Assembly (NCBI GenBank): GCA_035637595.1
Contig: DASPWW010000028.1
Coordinates: forward strand, 19,522-83,521
Source: Solirubrobacterales bacterium
GTDB taxonomy: Bacteria > Actinomycetota > Thermoleophilia > Solirubrobacterales > 70-9
Length of the DNA: 64,000 nt
Reading direction: 5' to 3'
Position 1 is the first letter of the stretch, and each line of letters begins with the position of its first letter. The notes beneath the pieces are model-generated. The model searched no databases, was not told the DNA's origin, and worked only from the letters and a program-made list of their open reading frames with translations. A program made the position numbers and the translations under genes. Below are positions 18,431 through 26,235 of the stretch, in pieces.

Positions 18431-19779
18431 CAGGCCCTGTCTCGCTCGGTCGCCCGGAGGCCGGCGATGAAGAAGCCGTTGGTCCGATCGCGGTCGGGCC
18501 TGGTCTGAAGGAAGCGGGGCTCGCGGCTCGAGACCAGAGCCGGGTGGGCGGCGCCGAGGTCGTCGACCGCGAGCGGCGCGGCGGACGCGACCGCTTCGTT
18601 CTCGCGGGCGGAGATCGTGCAGGTCGAGTAGACGAGCGTGCCGCCGGGACGCAGCGCGCGGGCCGCGCGCTCGAGAATCTCACCCTGAAGCTCGGCGAGC
18701 CGCGCGATCTGGTCGCCGGACTTCCTCCACCGCGCATCGGGACGCGATGCCAGCGTTCCCAGGTCGGAGCAGGGAGGATCCACCAGGACCCGATCGTAGC
18801 CGCCGCCCATGTCGTCGCGGGCGTCGGCCTCGATCACCCGCACGCTGCTGACCCCGAGCCGCGCGCACAGCTCGCGAATCTCGGCGCAGCGGCGTCCGTC
18901 GCGCTCGACCGACACCACCTCGCCCTCGTCGCGCATGCGCGCCGCGATCTGGGTCGTCTTGATTCCGGGGCCGGCGCACAGATCGAGCACCCGCTCGTCC
19001 GGCTTCGGGTCGAGCGCCGCCACCACCGCCATGGAGGCGCGCGATTGAGGCGTCAGCAGCCCGGCCTCGATCGCGTCGCGAACCCGCTCGGCCAGGGGGC
19101 CGGCGATGACCAGCGACTCGGGCGCGGCGGGGCCGGGACCGTCGCGCGGCCCGATCGCGACGCCGGACGCGACCAGCTCGGACGCGATGTGCTCTGGGTC
19201 CACGCGCAGGGTGTTCACACGCAGGGCGTTCTCAGGTGGCTCGTTATCGGCCGCCATCAGCGCCCGGGCGACGCCCGGACCAAGCTCCTGCCACCACATC
19301 TGCGCGAGCCATTCGGGATGCGAGTGCGCGATCGCCGCCTCGGCGGGCGTCGAGTCGCCCAGTCCCGCGAGCAGCGTCTCGCGCTCGCGCGCCGCGCGGC
19401 GAAGCACGGCGTTGACGAGGCCCGCTCCGCGGCGCGCTTGCTCGCCGCGGGCAAGCTCGACAGCCTGGTCGACCGCCGCGTGGTCGGGGGTGGCAGCCGC
19501 GTAGAGCAACTCGTACAGACCGAGGCGAAGCGCCGCCAGCAGATGACCGTCGAGGCCGGCTGGCGAGCGCTCTGCGAGCAACCCGATCAGGTGATCGGAG
19601 GTCCCACGGCGCTGGACGGCTCCATAGGCGAGCCGCTGGGCCTGGGCGCGATCGCGCCCCTCGAGCGCGTGGCGTCGCACCGCCGCGGGGAACGCCCTGT
19701 CGGCCCAGGCTCCCTGCTCGAAGACCCGCCGGAGCACCTCGTACGCGGCGCGGCGGGCGGGGGTGGGGGCGGTGGCCAC
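18430..19779 (-). CDS. rsmB: 16S rRNA (cytosine967-C5)-methyltransferase RsmB/Sun
   Basis: NusB-like N-terminus (AYEVLRRVFEQGAWADRA) and a methyltransferase core (DLCAGPGIKT, DPPCSDLG, TCT). I trimmed the Arg-rich 5' extension of ORF 18430..19989 to GTG 19779, just after the fmt stop. The start is uncertain. Confidence 0.85.
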   Translation of the reverse strand: MATAPTPARRAAYEVLRRVFEQGAWADRAFPAAVRRHALEGRDRAQAQRLAYGAVQRRGTSDHLIGLLAERSPAGLDGHLLAALRLGLYELLYAAATPDHAAVDQAVELARGEQARRGAGLVNAVLRRAARERETLLAGLGDSTPAEAAIAHSHPEWLAQMWWQELGPGVARALMAADNEPPENALRVNTLRVDPEHIASELVASGVAIGPRDGPGPAAPESLVIAGPLAERVRDAIEAGLLTPQSRASMAVVAALDPKPDERVLDLCAGPGIKTTQIAARMRDEGEVVSVERDGRRCAEIRELCARLGVSSVRVIEADARDDMGGGYDRVLVDPPCSDLGTLASRPDARWRKSGDQIARLAELQGEILERAARALRPGGTLVYSTCTISARENEAVASAAPLAVDDLGAAHPALVSSREPRFLQTRPDRDRTNGFFIAGLRATERDRA

Positions 19780-19793
19780 CGAGCGGGAGGCGC

Positions 19794-20717
19794 TCAACCC
19801 GCCCGGGCGGGCGGCGCGTGGCCGCGCAGGTACGCATCCGCCGGCATCGGCCGGCCGCCGGACGGCTGGACGATCTCGAGGCGGAGCATTCCGGCCGCAC
19901 ATCCCAGCCGCAGCGCCCGATCGTCGGCCACGAGGTCTCCCGCGGGAAGCTCGCCGTCCTCGGCGATCGCCCTGAGGACCCCGAGCCACTCGCCCCCGTC
20001 GAGCTCGAGGTAGGCGCCGATGTGCGGTGTAAGCGCCCGCACCGTCGCGGCGAGCTCGACGGCGGGCCGCCCGGGGTCGAGCCGTCGTTCCGCCGAGTCG
20101 ATCTTCTCGGCGTAGGTGGCCGTTGACTCGTCCTGCTCTGCGTAGCGCAGCTCTCCCGCCGCGTGGAGGTCGAGCGCGCGGACGATCAGCTCGCCCCCCA
20201 GCGCCGCCAGCCGCGGCGCAAGCGATCCCCAGTCCTCATCGGGGCCGATCGGAACCGGCTCCTGGAGCGCGACCGGACCCGAGTCCAGCCCGGCGGTCAC
20301 ACGCATCACACTGACGCCGGTCTCGCGGTCACGGGACATGATCGCGCGCTCGATCGGCGCCGCCCCACGCCACCGGGGCAGCAACGAGGGATGGACGTTG
20401 AGCATCGGCAGCTCGCTCAGCAGCGGCTCCTTGATCAGCTGCCCGAACGCACACACTGTGCCGAGCTGGGGCGTCGCCGAGCGGATCGTCTCGACCGCCT
20501 GGGAATCGTTGACGCTCGCGACCTGGAGCAGCTCGATCCCGAGCTCGCGTGCCGTGCTCGCTGCGGGGGGGGATGTCAGCTTGCGCCCCCGCCCCCTGGG
20601 GCGGTTGGGAGGAGTGACGCAGAGGGCCGGGCGGTGCGGCGATTCGGCGAGACGGCGCAGCACCGTCGCCGCGAACTCGGAGGTACCCAGGTAGACGTTG
20701 ACCACGCGCCGCGTCAC
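19794..20717 (-). CDS. fmt: Methionyl-tRNA formyltransferase
   Basis: ORF 19794..21014 trimmed to GTG 20717 (GTGA overlap with the def stop). It has LGTSEFA, NVHPSLLPRWRGAAPI and a C-terminal fmt domain. Confidence 0.9.
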   Translation of the reverse strand: MTRRVVNVYLGTSEFAATVLRRLAESPHRPALCVTPPNRPRGRGRKLTSPPAASTARELGIELLQVASVNDSQAVETIRSATPQLGTVCAFGQLIKEPLLSELPMLNVHPSLLPRWRGAAPIERAIMSRDRETGVSVMRVTAGLDSGPVALQEPVPIGPDEDWGSLAPRLAALGGELIVRALDLHAAGELRYAEQDESTATYAEKIDSAERRLDPGRPAVELAATVRALTPHIGAYLELDGGEWLGVLRAIAEDGELPAGDLVADDRALRLGCAAGMLRLEIVQPSGGRPMPADAYLRGHAPPARAG

Positions 20718-21346
20718 GCCTCGGCCGCGGCCGGTTCGGGCCGCTCCGGGGTGAACGCCTCGCCTGCGCGCAGTGCCCGCAGAGCGGCCTTGCGCTGCTC
20801 GCGCGTGGTTCGGTCGAGGGTCAGCACGCCGTCCAGATGGTCGATCTCGTGCTGGAGGACGCGCGCCTCGAGGCCTGACGCCTCGAGCAGGATCGGCTCG
20901 CCGCGGACGTCGCGACCGCGAACTCGCACGTGCAGCGGTCGCTCGACCTCGACGACGACGCGCGGCAGGCTGAGACAGCCCTCCTCGGCCACCGTCAACT
21001 CGCCCGAGGCCCACTCGATCTCGGGATTGGCGAGCGCGGTCGGCCGGGCGTCGAAACCCGCCTGGAAGACCACAAGGCGCCGCATCAATCCGAGCTGGGT
21101 CGCGGCGAGGCCGACCCCGAGGCCGTCGCGCATGATCCCGACCATTCGCTCGACATCCTGGGCGAGGCGCTCGTCGAAGGCGCCGACGGTAGTCGCCGGC
21201 GACTTCAGAACCGGGTCGCCGAAGACGCGAACCTGGGCGAGCGCTGCCCGCCGCCGCTCGCGTGCCTCCGGGCTGAGCTGCGCCTCGACCTCGTCGCCGG
21301 GGCCCTGGGGATTGATCGGCTCGTCGTGGGCAAGCTCCTCGTTCAC
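20714..21346 (-). CDS. def: Peptide deformylase
   Basis: 210 aa with a GTG start and all three PDF motifs (GLAATQ, EGCLS, QHEIDHLDG). Confidence 0.92.
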   Translation of the reverse strand: MNEELAHDEPINPQGPGDEVEAQLSPEARERRRAALAQVRVFGDPVLKSPATTVGAFDERLAQDVERMVGIMRDGLGVGLAATQLGLMRRLVVFQAGFDARPTALANPEIEWASGELTVAEEGCLSLPRVVVEVERPLHVRVRGRDVRGEPILLEASGLEARVLQHEIDHLDGVLTLDRTTREQRKAALRALRAGEAFTPERPEPAAAEA

Positions 21347-21353
21347 CTGATCG

Positions 21354-21359
21354 AGTCTA
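21354..21359 (-). promoter_or_regulatory. Candidate -10 hexamer TAGACT placed to give a leaderless def mRNA
   Basis: The minus strand reads CTTCTAGACTCGATCAGGTG. A TANNNT hexamer lies 7 nt before the GTG at 21346. There is no SD. Confidence 0.2.
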
Positions 21360-21466
21360 GAAGGACGACGGCTCGGCGGGACGGGCCTGGGTAGGGGCGG
21401 GCTGGCTCAGCTCGGAGCCTGGCCATCATCCTGGATAGGGATCGCATAGCGACACCAAAGCAGGAC

Positions 21467-21487
21467 GGCGACGCCCTCCCCGTCGCC
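21467..21487 (-). terminator. Candidate terminator hairpin downstream of priA
   Basis: GGCGACG-GGGAGGG-CGUCGCC (7-bp stem) lies 53-73 nt after the priA stop. It is followed by GUCCUGCUUUGG, a weak U tract. Confidence 0.3.
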
Positions 21488-21539
21488 CCACCCAGCCCAA
21501 TCCCGCCCCCGCGTCAGGCATTGGTAATCCAGGGCGAGG

Positions 21540-23762
21540 CTACTGGGGGTCGACATCGACGCTCAGCGCGCTCGCTCGCAGCGCGCGCGCGGTCGCCAGC
21601 CCCTCGATCGCCTCGCGAACCGCGGTCACGATCGCGCCGCGGTCGGCGGCCTTGACCAGAAGCTGGCGGCGGTGGCGTCCGCGGACGCGAAACCTCGGCG
21701 CCGGGCCGAGCAGCTCGGCCCCGGCGGACAGCGACGGCGCGAGCGCCGCATGGATGCGGCGGGCGTCGCCCTCGACCCCCGCCGGGTCGACCCCGGCGAC
21801 CTCGATCCGGACGAGGTGCGAGAAGGGTGGATAGCTCAGCCGGCGGCGGCGCTCGAGCTCGGCGGCGACGAAGCCGGCCGCGTCGTGGCTTGCCGCGGCG
21901 CGGATCGCGTCGGCGCCCGGGGCCAGGGTCTGGACCAGGACGCGCCCCCCCGCATCCCCCCTTCCGCTTCGGCCGGCGAGCTGGGAGACGAGCGCGAAGG
22001 TGCGCTCCTCGGCGCGGAAGTCGGGGAATCGAAGCGTCGCATCGGCATCGAGCACCACGCTCAGCGAGACGTCGGCGAAATCGTGGCCCTTGGCGACCAT
22101 CTGGGTCCCGACCAGAACCCCCGCCGGCGCCCGCTGGAAGGCGGCAAGGATGTCGAGGTGCGAGTCCGCCGGCGCCGCGCTGTCGGAGTCGAGCCGGAAG
22201 ACGGGTAGCGGGTGTATGAGGCGGGCGATCAGGTCCTCGACGCGCTCGGTCCCCGCCCCGGCGCGCGCCAGGGTCACCGATCCGCATTCGGGACAGGCGT
22301 CCGGAGCCTGCTCGGCGTGGCCGCAGTGATGGCAGACCAGGCGCCCGTCGCGTCTATGGATGACGAGCGAGACGTCACACGACGGGCAGCCCCATGAATG
22401 CCCGCACGAACGGCACGAGAGGTGGGGCGACCAGCCGCGGCGGTTGAGCAGCACGATCGCCTTGCCGCGCCCGCTGCGCAGCCCCTCGAGCGCTTCGGTC
22501 GTCCTGGCGTGAAGCGGGCCGCCGCGCCGATCGGCGCCGCGCATGTCGAGGACCTCGACCGCCGGCATGGCGCGCCCGTCGACCCGGTCCGGGAGCTCCA
22601 ACCGCTCGAGCTCGATCCAGCTCTCGGGCCGCGGCGTCGCCGTGCCGGCGACCACGACCGCGCCGCACTCGGCGGCGCGGCGGCGAGCGACGTGGCGTGC
22701 GTCGTAGCGCGGGTCGCCCTCCTGCTTGTAGCCGGAATCGTGCTCCTCGTCGATGACGAGCAGCCCGAGATCGCGCACCGGGGCGAAGACCGCGGACCGG
22801 GGTCCGACGCAGACCCGCGCCTCACCCGAGCGCAGCCGCCGCCACTCGTCATAGCGGGTGCCCGCCCCGAGCCGGGAGTGAAGCAGCGCCACCGTGTCTC
22901 CGAAGCGCTCCCGGAAGCGGGTCACCGTCTGGGGGGTGAGCGCGATCTCGGGCACGAGGACGATGACGCCGCGCCCGCGTGCGATCGCCGCCTCGGCGGC
23001 CGCCAGGTAGACCTCGGTCTTGCCGGAGCCGGTCACGCCATGGAGCAGGAAGCGACGGCTGCCGGCGTCCGGTTCGCCGAGCGCCGCCGCGATCGTCCGC
23101 GCGGCGCGAGCCTGGTCCGCTGTCAAGGTGACGTCGCGCGGGCGCTCCCCGATCGACCGCATGCTCGGGCGCCGGCGCGACTCGGACTCGACGAGCCGCA
23201 CCAGGCCCCGCTGCTTGAGCCGCCGCAGCGTTGCGCGGTCGGCGCCGCACGCCGCGGCGAGCTGCGCCGCAGCGAGGCCGCTCCCTTCGCCGCTTCTCGA
23301 CTCCCGGGCGGCGGCGAGCGCGTCGAGCACGGCGCGCTGTCGCGAGCCCAGCCGTGCGCCGTCGTCCAATGCCTCGCGCCCGTCCACTGTCAGCTCGGCG
23401 CGCAGCTCGACCCGGGGCCGGGTGCGCCGCCCGCTCGAACCGGTGCCCGTTCCGGGCGGCAGGACGAGCTCCAGCCCCCGCGCCGGGGTCGAGCAGTACT
23501 CGCGACCAACCCAGAGGCCGAGTCGCACGAGCTCCGCCGGCACACCCGCCTCCAACGCCTCGATCGGCTCGGCGAGGCGCCCGGGCGGAAGCTCGCTGCG
23601 ATCGGCGAGCTCGACCACCACGCCGAGCACGCGGCGACGCCCGAACGGCACCAGCAGCACGCTGCCGACTCCCACGCCCTCCATCTCGGCGGGGAGCCTG
23701 TAGTCGAACGGCCCGCGCAGCGCACGGGCGGTCGTCAGGGGCTCGACCTTCGCGATCGCCAT
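21540..23762 (-). CDS. priA: Primosomal protein N' (replication restart helicase PriA)
   Basis: ORF 21540..23930 trimmed to ATG 23762 (MAIAKVEPLTTARALRGPFDY). It has GVTGSGKTEVY, DEEHD and the Cys-rich zinc module CRSCGHSWGCPSCD..CHHCGH..CPECGS. Confidence 0.92.
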   Translation of the reverse strand: MAIAKVEPLTTARALRGPFDYRLPAEMEGVGVGSVLLVPFGRRRVLGVVVELADRSELPPGRLAEPIEALEAGVPAELVRLGLWVGREYCSTPARGLELVLPPGTGTGSSGRRTRPRVELRAELTVDGREALDDGARLGSRQRAVLDALAAARESRSGEGSGLAAAQLAAACGADRATLRRLKQRGLVRLVESESRRRPSMRSIGERPRDVTLTADQARAARTIAAALGEPDAGSRRFLLHGVTGSGKTEVYLAAAEAAIARGRGVIVLVPEIALTPQTVTRFRERFGDTVALLHSRLGAGTRYDEWRRLRSGEARVCVGPRSAVFAPVRDLGLLVIDEEHDSGYKQEGDPRYDARHVARRRAAECGAVVVAGTATPRPESWIELERLELPDRVDGRAMPAVEVLDMRGADRRGGPLHARTTEALEGLRSGRGKAIVLLNRRGWSPHLSCRSCGHSWGCPSCDVSLVIHRRDGRLVCHHCGHAEQAPDACPECGSVTLARAGAGTERVEDLIARLIHPLPVFRLDSDSAAPADSHLDILAAFQRAPAGVLVGTQMVAKGHDFADVSLSVVLDADATLRFPDFRAEERTFALVSQLAGRSGRGDAGGRVLVQTLAPGADAIRAAASHDAAGFVAAELERRRRLSYPPFSHLVRIEVAGVDPAGVEGDARRIHAALAPSLSAGAELLGPAPRFRVRGRHRRQLLVKAADRGAIVTAVREAIEGLATARALRASALSVDVDPQ

Positions 23763-23775
23763 CCCGCCAAGGTAG

Positions 23776-25530
23776 GTGCGGCGGCGGACGCCGGGTGGGC
23801 GTATGCTCACTTGCAGGGGGAACTTGATCCTCAGCCTCGGCCTCAGGCAACGACAGCGCTTTGCCCGCTCATCACTGCTGGCGATCGTCGCTGCGCTGAG
23901 TCTCCCCGCCGGCGCGTCAGCCGCTGACACCTACGTGGACCGCGCGATCGGCGACGACAGCAATCCTTGCACCAGCCCCGCCGCGCCCTGCCAGAACATC
24001 GGCGGCGCCACGGGAGGAATCGCCAAGGCCGGCGCGGGCGACACCGTCCACGTCGCAGACCCGGCGGGGCCGCAGACCTATGCCGAGACGCTCACCCTCG
24101 ACAACGGCAAGTCCCTGGTCGCCGAGAGCCCCGACCCAACCGAGACGATCATCGACAACGGAGCCACCGCCTCGCCGGCCGTGACGGTGACCGGCACCAC
24201 GGGCCTGCTGCGAGGATTCACCATCCGCTCCCAGCACCAGGCCGTCAGCCTCCAGTCCGGCGCGACGATCACCGGCAACGTCTTCGACAGCTCGACCCTG
24301 CCGGGCGGCCCCGACAACGCTGACGTCAACGTCACCTCCGGGGCGGGCTCTCCCACAATCACGGGCAACGCCTTCAGCGATTCGAGCTCCGACGACCAGA
24401 CAGCCCTGTCGTCAGTCGCGACAGGGTCTCTCGTAGTCACGCAGAACTCGTTCAGCGGATTCCTCCGCGCCGTGAGCGTCGCCTCTTCGTCCCCGACCAC
24501 GGCCACGATCTCCCAGAACGTGATCACGGCTACGCACGGCACCGCCTTCGCCGGCGTCGGGATCAGGGTCGGTCAGGGCATAACGGCGACGGTGACCGGA
24601 AACTCCCTGTTCGCCGCGGGAACCGGCTCGACCACAGGGATCGGGGTGTTCCAGGGTTCCCTGTCGCCCAACGCCGGGGCAAGCCTGAGACGCAACGTGA
24701 TCATCGGCCACACCTTCGGGGTCAACATCGGGAGCACCCTCGGCGCAGTGACACTGCAGGGCGACCTGGTCGCCAAGGCCACCGACAGCGGCATCACGGC
24801 GTTCGACGTCCTGGGGGCCGGTGGCGGCGACTTCACGGCGATCAACGTCACGTCGATCGACAGCGCCGTGTACGACATCAACCTCGGTAACGGGGCGGAC
24901 GCGACACTCGACTCGATCATCGTCGGCGCCGGGGGCCTCAACCCCGCCATCAACGATCCCGCCACCGGCACCTGCTCGATCAGCTTCTCGCGCGGCGACG
25001 GGAACGGCGACTGCGCCACCGGCTTCGTCACGACCGCCAACCCGATGTTCGTCGACCCCGCGGCCAACGATTACCACCTTCAAGCCGCCTCGCCGATGAT
25101 CGACGCCGGCGACCCCGCCGACCCCGGCGGGGCGTTGGACCTCGACGGCGGCGCCCGAGCGCTCGACGGCGACTGCGACGGGACTGCCCGCCGGGACATC
25201 GGCGCCGACGAATTCGTGCCGAACTGCCCTGAGCCTCCGTCCAACGGCGGCTCCGGCGACATCGACCCGCCCGAGACGACGATCACGAAGCGGCCCAAGG
25301 ACAAGACCAAGAAGAAGTCCGCGACGTTCGAGTTCAGCTCCGACGAGCCGGGCTCGAGCTTCCAGTGCAGCCTCGACGACGGTCCGTTTCAGCCCTGCAG
25401 CTCGCCCGACACGCTGAAGGTCAAGAAGGGCAAGCACTCCTTCGAGGTCCGGGCCACCGACGCGGCGGGCAACGCGGACCCGACTCCCGCCGCCGACGCC
25501 TGGAAGGTGAAGAAGAAAAAGAACAAGTAG
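23776..25530 (+). CDS. Secreted right-handed beta-helix (PbH1-repeat) protein with the lysine-rich Ig-like C-terminal module
   Basis: 584 aa with signal peptide ..SLLAIVAALSLPAGASAADT. Repeats ITGNVF / ITGNAF / VTQNSF / ISQNVI / VTGNSL are followed by the cap NPMFVDPAANDYHLQAASPMIDAGD..DIGADEF. Tail is PKDKTKKKSATFEFSS..WKVKKKKNK. Confidence 0.88.
   Translation: MRRRTPGGRMLTCRGNLILSLGLRQRQRFARSSLLAIVAALSLPAGASAADTYVDRAIGDDSNPCTSPAAPCQNIGGATGGIAKAGAGDTVHVADPAGPQTYAETLTLDNGKSLVAESPDPTETIIDNGATASPAVTVTGTTGLLRGFTIRSQHQAVSLQSGATITGNVFDSSTLPGGPDNADVNVTSGAGSPTITGNAFSDSSSDDQTALSSVATGSLVVTQNSFSGFLRAVSVASSSPTTATISQNVITATHGTAFAGVGIRVGQGITATVTGNSLFAAGTGSTTGIGVFQGSLSPNAGASLRRNVIIGHTFGVNIGSTLGAVTLQGDLVAKATDSGITAFDVLGAGGGDFTAINVTSIDSAVYDINLGNGADATLDSIIVGAGGLNPAINDPATGTCSISFSRGDGNGDCATGFVTTANPMFVDPAANDYHLQAASPMIDAGDPADPGGALDLDGGARALDGDCDGTARRDIGADEFVPNCPEPPSNGGSGDIDPPETTITKRPKDKTKKKSATFEFSSDEPGSSFQCSLDDGPFQPCSSPDTLKVKKGKHSFEVRATDAAGNADPTPAADAWKVKKKKNK
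25288..25410 (+). repeat. Copy A of a near-identical 123-nt DNA segment inside the lysine-rich C-terminal module
   Basis: Aligned by eye to 28042-28164. I count 6 mismatches in 123 nt, while the rest of the two genes is unrelated. Confidence 0.85.
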
Positions 25531-25548
25531 GGTCGCCCACCAGGGCAT

Positions 25549-26130
25549 ATGCTTCGCGCCGTGGCGCTGAAGCCGGGCCCCGGCGAGCAGACGATCTTCA
25601 AGGGCCACCCGTCGTGGCGCTCCATCCTCGGGTTCTACTTCAAGGGTCTGGTGATCACGGCGCTCGTCGCCGCGGTCATCGCGCTCGTGACGCGCCTGCT
25701 CGGCGACGAGGTCAACAAGGCGCTGGTCATCCTCGTCCTGCTGATCGGGATCGGGGTCACGATCCTCGCCGGGTTCATCAAGCGCGTCGCGACCACCTAC
25801 ACGATCACCAACCGCCGGCTGCACATAAAGCGCGGAATCGTCTCTCGCGAGATCCAGGAGACGCGGCTGGAGCGCGTTCAGAACGTCAACTACAGCCAGT
25901 CCGTCTACCAGCGCGTGATGCAGATCGGTGACGTCGACTTCGACACCGCGGCGGGCGACGACTACAACTTCGTCTTCTCCGGCGTCGGCGATCCCGAGGA
26001 CGTCGTCCACGAGGTCGGCCGCGCGACCCAGACCTCGGGCGCCGGGATCGGCGAGCCCGACGAGCAGCGCGCAACGCCGCCGGCGGGGAGCGGCGACGGA
26101 CAGACCAGGGCCGAGGAGCCTCGGGCCTAG
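25549..26130 (+). CDS. Membrane protein with bacterial PH domain (YdbS/YdbT-like, bPH_2)
   Basis: 193 aa with two N-terminal TM helices, then YTITNRRLHIKRGIVSREIQETRLERVQNV..GDVDF, typical of bPH_2. It starts 18 nt after the upstream stop. Confidence 0.75.
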   Translation: MLRAVALKPGPGEQTIFKGHPSWRSILGFYFKGLVITALVAAVIALVTRLLGDEVNKALVILVLLIGIGVTILAGFIKRVATTYTITNRRLHIKRGIVSREIQETRLERVQNVNYSQSVYQRVMQIGDVDFDTAAGDDYNFVFSGVGDPEDVVHEVGRATQTSGAGIGEPDEQRATPPAGSGDGQTRAEEPRA

Positions 26131-26235
26131 GCAGACGTATTGACTTGCCAGCCCCCACGGCCGCGTTCAGGTTCGTAGGGAGCGGGCCGAGCCGATCGTC
26201 GCAACCCCGCGCGAAGTAGGGGTATCTTCGACGCT

